Of a stretch of DNA of 64,000 bases, positions 56,691-64,000 are shown one piece after another. Position 1 is the first letter of the stretch. Every line of letters starts with the position of its first letter. The notes below the pieces were generated by a model. The model worked only from the letters and a program-made list of their open reading frames with translations, searched no databases and was not told the DNA's origin. This DNA is from Bacteroidales bacterium. Its GTDB lineage: Bacteria; Bacteroidota; Bacteroidia; Bacteroidales; CAIWKO01. The stretch covers positions 79,674-143,673 of the forward strand of contig DAOQAT010000001.1 in NCBI GenBank assembly GCA_035354195.1, in the 5' to 3' direction. The position numbers and the translations under genes are program-made.

Positions 56691-59537
56691 TTATTCAATG
56701 ATGATCTTTTCGGTATGCGTCATGTTGTTATTTATCAAACGCAGGAAGTACATACCCTTAGGATAAGATTTCAGGTCGATGGGTTTATTTACCAAACCTG
56801 TATTATCAACTTGTTCAGAGTAGATGACCTTTCCATTGATTGAATAAATATTCAGTGTAACTGGTTCATTAATACCTTCAACGTTCAGATAGAACATGCC
56901 GTTTGAAGGATTTGGAACAACGCTGACCATGATGTTTCCGTCGTTAGCTTTAATTCCTGTGCAGGGATCAAAAGTAACATTAATGGTATCTGATGAAAAA
57001 CAATCGTTTACCGTAACAATAACGATATATTCCACGGTGCTGATTCCATGACCCAGAGTATCTGCCGTTATGGCCTGAGTTATAGCGCCACCGGGTGTCC
57101 ACAAATACGATCCGCCAACATTACCTGCATCCAGAATAATGGATTGGTCAGCGCATAAAGTAATGTCATTACCAAGTACTACTAGCGGGAGAGGTTTCAC
57201 ATTTACAGTAACACTGTTTGATGTTCCTGCACTTGGCCCATTCTGGCAGGTAACAATACATTGATAATGAGCAGTTGCCTCAGGAGTAACTGAGCAGAAT
57301 GGATTTGTTTCTCCCGGAATATCGGTATAGCTAATACCATCAGCAGAAACCTGCCATTGATAACTGACACCTGATCCAGCTATAGGGTTTTGCAAAGAAA
57401 GTATCGTGGCTTCTCCAGGGCAAAAATTATTAGCTGAAGAAATGGTGTTCCCGGGTGATGGTGTATTGCACGAATAACCGTTAATACCGTTGAATTCATC
57501 GGCACCGATATCAATACCTGTTCCCGACCCTGTATAACCTGATTCGCCCCAGCGAATATCTCCATCAAAATCTTCGAAAATAGAAGGAATAAATATTTGA
57601 TCTCCACCGCTTTCACATGCAGTTGCAATGGTCGTCTGCAGGTGCAGATCGTAGGGTGAAGTTGCCATATTCATAAAAGGAGGCATACCGGTAAATGATC
57701 CGTTATCGGCAGGGGTAACTCTTGTTTTAAATGCGGTTATATCCTGATCAGAATTTGTTAAATCATAGAAGATTACATTTTTGGGTCCTGGTGTACCAGC
57801 ATAAAATAAGTTATGATCAGAATTAACAGAGTATGATGTCAAAGTGGTTGATCTTCTTCTATATGCTACTGTAATACCTGTTCCAACCGCTGTTGAATTG
57901 TTTACAATAATATTATTCTTTAATTCTAAAGGTGAGGTTGTAGTTGTATAAATGCCAGATGACCCAAATTTTACTCCTGTACCTGAAGCGTTTAAAAATA
58001 CTGTGTTGTTGTATGCCTTAATTGTTGTGCCTGCATCGGATTCAATATTTATTCCGTTAACAGCACTTGTTGTATTGGAAACTGGCGCTCTCAAATCGGA
58101 AATGAGATTATTATATAAGTATACTAAACTTCCGGATAGTACATTAAGTCCATATGCACCGCCGGAACCAACTGTACTCAAGCTGTAAATATTATTTTTA
58201 AATATACTGATAGAATCACCATAGTTTGTGCTTATCCCAAAGATATCACCCGTGCCGCCAATGGAGTTATCATAAATTGCATTGTTAAAAATTATTTTAT
58301 TGGTTGTGGATGAGGGGGCACTTGTTATTCCGTAAAAATCCGTATTGCATGAATTACAAGTGTTATTTACAATTTGATTATTGAATAGGGAATCAGTTAC
58401 CTTAACATAACCATTTGACAAAATCCCTCTAAAACCATTGGATTTTATCATATTATTTCTGATAATATTGCCATAAATGCTTGAATTGTTTGCAGATGCT
58501 TCTTGATAAATACCATAAAAATATCCGGTTGTGCTGGTAGAGTATGTGCAATTTTCAATTATGTTATTGTAAATATTAATTTTGTTATTGGTACCGCTTC
58601 CGCCTGTGGCATTCCTGATGCCATATATTGAAAACCCTGATTGTGTGATGGTATTGCTATAAATATCGCAGTTTGAATTATTTCCAATACCGGTATATAT
58701 TCCATTGGCTGTACATCCGTTATTATATGATCCGGAAATTGAATTGTTCGCAATTTTTATATTGTTTGCATTATATACATAAATGCCATATCCTTCGTAT
58801 GATGATGACAATGCCCCGGAGGATGAAATGGTGTTAGCACCGTTTACTCCAATTTCTAAAGTACTAATATAATATGCAACTGTACTGTTTCCATAAGCGT
58901 AAATCCCATTAAAAACATTACTAATTGAGTTTGATGAAATATTAATGTTTGTAAAAACACCAGTAGCAGATGTCGGAGTTATAGAGGATGAAAGTGAGGC
59001 CGTTTGGTATTTGATATAAATACCATTGGATCTGGGAAGGGTGGTGTTTAAATCTGATAAGGAAATATTGCAGTTTTTAATAGTTATATATTTTGAAGCA
59101 TCAGTAGCACTGTTGCAAAAGATGCCGTAGCCCCATTCCATAAAAGTGGTAGCGGTTGTGTTTAAAGCATTTTCCTGAACATCAATTCCATCAAATGTAA
59201 CATAATCTGTTCCCTGGATTTCAATAACACCATCAACATTTCCGACGCCGGCATCTGCCGTGATTAATGGATTTGGTCCGGTACCGCTTTTTTGAAATAC
59301 TATGGGAGACCCGGCAATTGAGGTAGGAGTCATAATTACAATATTCGCAGCAGTTTCAGTGTATCCTGCAGCAACATTAAATGTTACTCCTCCTGTACCC
59401 ACACCTTGAGCATTCAGGTTAGCAACAGCAAGAGCAACTGTGGGATAATCTCCTGGAATATTTTTTACTCCGGACAATTGCCCATAACCCCCGTTTATTG
59501 ACGAAATGAGTAAAACTAAAAAGAATACTTTTTTCAT
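56691..59537 (-). CDS. large T9SS substrate with right-handed beta-helix repeats
   Basis: Asn-rich I.NN.I / YGI repeats, DIGADEF, Ig-like modules, type A CTD. Confidence 0.85.
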   Translation of the reverse strand: MKKVFFLVLLISSINGGYGQLSGVKNIPGDYPTVALAVANLNAQGVGTGGVTFNVAAGYTETAANIVIMTPTSIAGSPIVFQKSGTGPNPLITADAGVGNVDGVIEIQGTDYVTFDGIDVQENALNTTATTFMEWGYGIFCNSATDASKYITIKNCNISLSDLNTTLPRSNGIYIKYQTASLSSSITPTSATGVFTNINISSNSISNVFNGIYAYGNSTVAYYISTLEIGVNGANTISSSGALSSSYEGYGIYVYNANNIKIANNSISGSYNNGCTANGIYTGIGNNSNCDIYSNTITQSGFSIYGIRNATGGSGTNNKINIYNNIIENCTYSTSTTGYFYGIYQEASANNSSIYGNIIRNNMIKSNGFRGILSNGYVKVTDSLFNNQIVNNTCNSCNTDFYGITSAPSSTTNKIIFNNAIYDNSIGGTGDIFGISTNYGDSISIFKNNIYSLSTVGSGGAYGLNVLSGSLVYLYNNLISDLRAPVSNTTSAVNGINIESDAGTTIKAYNNTVFLNASGTGVKFGSSGIYTTTTSPLELKNNIIVNNSTAVGTGITVAYRRRSTTLTSYSVNSDHNLFYAGTPGPKNVIFYDLTNSDQDITAFKTRVTPADNGSFTGMPPFMNMATSPYDLHLQTTIATACESGGDQIFIPSIFEDFDGDIRWGESGYTGSGTGIDIGADEFNGINGYSCNTPSPGNTISSANNFCPGEATILSLQNPIAGSGVSYQWQVSADGISYTDIPGETNPFCSVTPEATAHYQCIVTCQNGPSAGTSNSVTVNVKPLPLVVLGNDITLCADQSIILDAGNVGGSYLWTPGGAITQAITADTLGHGISTVEYIVIVTVNDCFSSDTINVTFDPCTGIKANDGNIMVSVVPNPSNGMFYLNVEGINEPVTLNIYSINGKVIYSEQVDNTGLVNKPIDLKSYPKGMYFLRLINNNMTHTEKIIIE

Positions 59538-59670
59538 GACTTTTTTTTGCTATAAAAATATTAAAAATAGTTCATTGAAATAATGTTCCTTAAATTTTTT
59601 TTCAACAATATCGGATAAAGAAAAATAGGTGATCCAGTAAAACAAAATTTTGTGTGATAAAAAATACTAT

Positions 59671-59703
59671 AAAAAAAAGCGGGGTACCGCCCCGCTTTTT
59701 TTT
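59671..59703. terminator. bidirectional intrinsic terminator
   Basis: A8-GCGGGG-TACCG-CCCCGC-T8. Confidence 0.88.
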
Positions 59704-59718
59704 GTTGTTCATTGAAAC

Positions 59719-62700
59719 TTATTCAATGATGATCTTTTCGGTATGCGTCATGTTGTTATTTATCAAACGCAGGAAGTACATACCCTTAGGATAAGATTTC
59801 AGGTCGATGGGTTTATTTACCAAACCTGTATTATCAACTTGTTCAGAGTAGATGACCTTTCCATTGATTGAATAAATATTCAGTGTAACTGGTTCATTAA
59901 TACCTTCAACGTTCAGATAGAACATGCCGTTTGAAGGATTAGGAACAACGCTGACAGTGATACCGTCATTGTTTTCGTTAATACCTGTGCAAGGATCAAC
60001 AACTACGGTTGTGCTTGCAGTAGCAGAGCATCCATGACTGTTACTTGCTGTAACGATATAATCAATTGATCCGGCAGTTGGAGGTGTTACACCGACAGGG
60101 TTCTGATCTGTGGAAGTAAAGCCTGCAGGCAGTGATGTCCATGAATATGATGCAGGAACATCTGCTGTAGTTGTTACAGAAATATCATCAATGTCAAGAA
60201 AATATTGATCGGCTGCTGAATAACAATTCCAGCCAAGGTAGTAAGTTCCGGTAGTAGTGCAGGTATAAGTTATAGTATGCTCAACATAATCAGCATGCTG
60301 GAGGCCCAGTAAATCTTGCAGTACTGTTTGTGATGCAATTGTTTGGTCCGTTCCGATAGTTACTTTTAGATTTTCAGGAAATGATGCCGAAGTTTTTTCC
60401 CAATATTTAATGGTATATACCGATCCAGTGGTAAAGTTTAATCCCGGGGTAATCAGCCAGGCATCTGCTGCATTAGAAGAATTATATTTGCACTCTGCAG
60501 CAGAGGATCCGCCATGTGCTGTCCCATAGGAGCTGGTTGTCCATACATTTCCTAAGCCTCCATTAAGATTGGCCCAGCCTGTTGGAGGAACGCTGGTTTC
60601 AAAATCTTCTGTTAATACATTAACTATTGCCACATCTCCTGAATTTGCAGAAGAGAATAAATCAATGGATGCGCCTTCACATATAGCGTTGCTTGATGCT
60701 GTTGCAGTAACCGCTGTAGGTGATGGGTTTACCGTAACAGTAGCATTGCCTGACATTATGTTAGAACAAGTAGTTGCAGGATTAACAGCTGTAACCGTAT
60801 ACATTCCTGTTTCAAATGCTGATGGACCGAAATTCAGAGCTTCACCTGTTCCAGCTAATGTTGTAACCGGAGTGGTGGAAAGTTCATAATTCACGCCAAT
60901 TGTAGAACCGTCAAGCGTAATGGTAACACCCGTACCACCCGCGCAATAAGTACCACCGCCACTTACTGTAAATACTGATGGTAACGGATTAACGGTGAAT
61001 GTTTCTGTACTTGTTGCAGTTCCTCCTAATGTTGTAACTGCCACAGTTCCAGTGGTTCCTGTTCCAACGGTTACTGTTATAGCTGTACCTGTATTTAAAG
61101 TGATAACTGCAGCAGTTCCTCCAATGGTTACGGAAGTAGCGTTTTCCAGATTAGTTCCATTGATTACAAGATCCGATCCCGCACAACCACTGGTAGAGCC
61201 CAGACTCGTAATGGAAGGTACAAGAGCCTCATTAACTATAATATTGTCTATGGCTCCCTGTGCCCCGTCATTTCCTAAATATTGCCATGCAATTCTAACA
61301 TTGCTCTGACCGGCATAGGTTGGAAGACTTATTGTTTTTGTGGCCCACGTAAAATTCGAAAAGGTACCTTCTGCCGCTTCCGACCATATAGAGTCCCAGG
61401 TGGCGCCACCATTGGTGCTTACTTTGCAGATTAAATCATAATTATTATAAGGATCAACACCCCAGTAATAACTCATCATCCAGTCAAAGCTTACATAGGG
61501 GTTTGTTAATGTGCTGAAATCTAAAACCGGAGTAATAAGCCATTCGTTTTGAGAATAATCATAATTTACATTAGCAAAGCCACTAATATATCCCCAGTTT
61601 TCAGTGGTATTGGTAATTATTTCAGACCAGCATGCTGGCGGTACAATACCGGCTGTGAAATCTTCCGTAAAGGGGAAGGTTGTTACAGCATCGCATAGTG
61701 TGGTAAAAGAGTAGGGGCCTGCCCATGCACTTAATGATCCGCCACAATCTGCCTGAACATAAAATTCATAAGTTGTATTGCTTGTTCCTCCAATTGCAGT
61801 CCATGGATTACTTGTGGTTCCAGTCACTCCGGTCAGGTTTGTACCTGTTCCGGGAGTGAAGCCCGGTAAACCAAGTTCTATATTCCATAACGTTGCTGAT
61901 CCGTTTTCTGTCCATCCCAGATTGGCAGAAGTCGCAGTAATATTGGTGGCAGTTAGTGCAGATGGCGCAGCACATGAAGGAATTACTTCCATGGTTACAT
62001 CGTCTACCAAAACACCATAATCAAATCCACCGGCACCTGTAAGCCCGGTAAAACGTATAGTAACAGTCTGCCCGGTGTATGCTGAAAGATCAATAACAGC
62101 TTCGGTATAGGAAGAATTTGCAATTCCAACATAATTAGCTAATGTTGTAGTGAAATTAATTCCGTCGGTACTTAATAATACATTCATGTCCTGAGGATAT
62201 GATGCACTTTCAACTTTATACCAATAACGCAGCCGGGAATTATTGGTTAATACAAATGAAGGTGAGGTGAGAATTGAACCTGAAAGGTTTGAATAGGCCC
62301 ATTCAGTTCCTGTATTTGGTGCACCATATAATGACTGTACCCAGCCTGTATTAGTCCAGCAATCAGGTGGAAATGAAGCGCCTTCAAAACTTTCGGTATA
62401 AGGCAGGGTTGTTATCGCACTACACAGCGTAGTGAATAAATAAGGCCCTGACCATGCACTCAGTGTTCCACCACAGTCGGATTGTACATAAAATTCATAA
62501 GAAGTATTGCCTGTTCCTCCTGCTACATGCCAAGGATTAGATGTTGTACCTGTAACCCCCGTCAGGTTTGTACCTGTTCCCGGAACAAAACCCGGAAAAC
62601 CAAGCTCGACATTCCAGGTGGTTGCTGTTCCGTTTTCTGTCCACCCAAGGTCAGCAGAGTTCGTGGTGATGTTGGTTGCAGTTAATGCAGAAGGTTGCAT

Positions 62701-64000
62701 ACATGCAGGTGCTGCATCGATCATAATGTCATCGATATGGAAATCATAATCAGGATCATCATTATTTGGACCATCAGAAGCATAAAATGCAATGATCACA
62801 TTTTGGCCTGCATATGCTCCAAGATTGATATACTGGTCAACCAGGGTGTTTGTAATTGCCACCGTTGTGGTAGCGTCAAATGTATATAAATCAGTATAAG
62901 AAACGCCGCAATCAGTTGAAATTTTCACAACAACTTTGTCATCGGTACCTTGCATTCCTGCAGCATCGGCATTGGTAGAATTGTAATCAGTGATTGCTAC
63001 TTTAAATGTCAATAAGGTATTTGCGGCAGCAGTAAACTTTGGACCTACGATCCATTCATTTCTTGTATTAGTATAAAGGTTGATTTTGGCGCTTGTTCCG
63101 CCCATTGCTCCGGTTGCCCATGCACTGGAAGTACCGGCAGGTACAACGGTACCTGTTGCTTCGTGCCAGTTAGGGAAAAATGTTGTTAAATCAGCACTAG
63201 TAAAACCTGTAAAATCAACAGATTGTGGCAAACTTACCGGGGCAATGACCGTCCTGGTTGCAGTAGCCATAGCATCATTTGATGCATTACCATCGCCAAC
63301 AACTGTAGTGTAAGCATCAAAAGTATATGTACCAAAAGTTGTCATGTCAAGCGTAGTGGCCATATTGACATCTTGCGTAGCGCCCGGGGCTAATGTTCCG
63401 GTATTTACTGTTGCATTTAGTGTCTGAGTAACAGCACCGGTTACATTAACAGTAACTGTTGTAGGATTAACACTAAAATCAATAGCTGTTACACCAATAT
63501 TTTTAATTTGTATTGTAACGGTTTCTGCCGCTGTGTAACACCCTGTTGTTTGTGGGGCAACGAGGGCCTGGGCTGACATGTCTAAGGTAATAGGCGTAAA
63601 TTCATCAGCGCCCATATCGGGAGTGGTAGCGTTGCGGGTATCTCCGTCAATATCTGTAGTTATTCCTGGAACAGGTGTTCCTAAATTGTTGAGCGATGTA
63701 TTATTTAAATGCAAATCCGTAGCGCTTGGGAAGGCCGGGTCTATAGATACTGAGTTTGCATCCTGTAAACTGGCAACCTGCCAGGCTGGAAGATCTAACT
63801 GATCAGCGGTGTAATATCCGATAAAACTATTGGTTCCGGCTGCTACGTATAGATCATTATAATTGGAAGTAATGGTTGCAGCTGTTGCTCTGTAAATAGC
63901 ATAGCGTTTTGAAGTGGCACCACCGGTCGAATTATTGAACAAAATGTTGTTTTTAACATTTACCGTTCCTGCATTGATATATAGAGCTGCACTTGATGGG
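59719..64000 (-). CDS. very large T9SS adhesin-like protein (cleaved-adhesin/MAM-like, FN3, IPT modules); partial, start lies beyond the window
   Basis: Frame stays open from 63942 to the window edge; DMGADEF, duplicated FN3, WLITP...IDDI domains, type A CTD. Confidence 0.88.
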   Translation of the reverse strand, partial: PSSAALYINAGTVNVKNNILFNNSTGGATSKRYAIYRATAATITSNYNDLYVAAGTNSFIGYYTADQLDLPAWQVASLQDANSVSIDPAFPSATDLHLNNTSLNNLGTPVPGITTDIDGDTRNATTPDMGADEFTPITLDMSAQALVAPQTTGCYTAAETVTIQIKNIGVTAIDFSVNPTTVTVNVTGAVTQTLNATVNTGTLAPGATQDVNMATTLDMTTFGTYTFDAYTTVVGDGNASNDAMATATRTVIAPVSLPQSVDFTGFTSADLTTFFPNWHEATGTVVPAGTSSAWATGAMGGTSAKINLYTNTRNEWIVGPKFTAAANTLLTFKVAITDYNSTNADAAGMQGTDDKVVVKISTDCGVSYTDLYTFDATTTVAITNTLVDQYINLGAYAGQNVIIAFYASDGPNNDDPDYDFHIDDIMIDAAPACMQPSALTATNITTNSADLGWTENGTATTWNVELGFPGFVPGTGTNLTGVTGTTSNPWHVAGGTGNTSYEFYVQSDCGGTLSAWSGPYLFTTLCSAITTLPYTESFEGASFPPDCWTNTGWVQSLYGAPNTGTEWAYSNLSGSILTSPSFVLTNNSRLRYWYKVESASYPQDMNVLLSTDGINFTTTLANYVGIANSSYTEAVIDLSAYTGQTVTIRFTGLTGAGGFDYGVLVDDVTMEVIPSCAAPSALTATNITATSANLGWTENGSATLWNIELGLPGFTPGTGTNLTGVTGTTSNPWTAIGGTSNTTYEFYVQADCGGSLSAWAGPYSFTTLCDAVTTFPFTEDFTAGIVPPACWSEIITNTTENWGYISGFANVNYDYSQNEWLITPVLDFSTLTNPYVSFDWMMSYYWGVDPYNNYDLICKVSTNGGATWDSIWSEAAEGTFSNFTWATKTISLPTYAGQSNVRIAWQYLGNDGAQGAIDNIIVNEALVPSITSLGSTSGCAGSDLVINGTNLENATSVTIGGTAAVITLNTGTAITVTVGTGTTGTVAVTTLGGTATSTETFTVNPLPSVFTVSGGGTYCAGGTGVTITLDGSTIGVNYELSTTPVTTLAGTGEALNFGPSAFETGMYTVTAVNPATTCSNIMSGNATVTVNPSPTAVTATASSNAICEGASIDLFSSANSGDVAIVNVLTEDFETSVPPTGWANLNGGLGNVWTTSSYGTAHGGSSAAECKYNSSNAADAWLITPGLNFTTGSVYTIKYWEKTSASFPENLKVTIGTDQTIASQTVLQDLLGLQHADYVEHTITYTCTTTGTYYLGWNCYSAADQYFLDIDDISVTTTADVPASYSWTSLPAGFTSTDQNPVGVTPPTAGSIDYIVTASNSHGCSATASTTVVVDPCTGINENNDGITVSVVPNPSNGMFYLNVEGINEPVTLNIYSINGKVIYSEQVDNTGLVNKPIDLKSYPKGMYFLRLINNNMTHTEKIIIE

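Noticed and set aside
56691..59955. Diversity-generating retroelement TR/VR pair
   Set aside because: Both copies are coding CTDs with one mismatch; no reverse transcriptase in the window

Overview
64-kb chromosomal window from a probably anaerobic Bacteroidota (Bacteroidales-like) organism. This call rests on many TAnnTTTG -7 promoter boxes, eight type IX secretion (T9SS) substrates, and a tig-clpP-clpX operon behind tRNA-Leu. Contents: (i) a partial anaerobic purine-catabolism cluster (PLP enzyme, diaminopropionate ammonia-lyase, Se-dependent-type xanthine dehydrogenase); (ii) a multiheme c-type cytochrome with a T9SS sorting domain; (iii) a GC-richer CoA-substrate activase next to tRNA-Arg; (iv) a split flexirubin/aryl-polyene-like lipid cluster extended with two B12 radical-SAM enzymes, two crotonases, a thioesterase and an atypical KAS III; (v) two large adjacent T9SS proteins with an almost identical 237-bp 3' end. 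The strongest non-coding signal is an IS110 element (32167-33472) whose left end can be read directly as a bridge RNA. Its donor loop matches the element's own ends, and both target guides are the same heptamer TCCGCCG, so it is predicted to target a short palindrome (TCCGCC-n-GGCGGA). That palindrome belongs to a set of 14-30 bp micro-palindromes seen as discrete insertions in tRNA-linked repeats, a heptamer hairpin and a ~250-bp structured repeat present twice. The result is a nested IS110 > micro-palindrome > structured repeat arrangement. All family assignments are from motif recognition by eye, not database searches.
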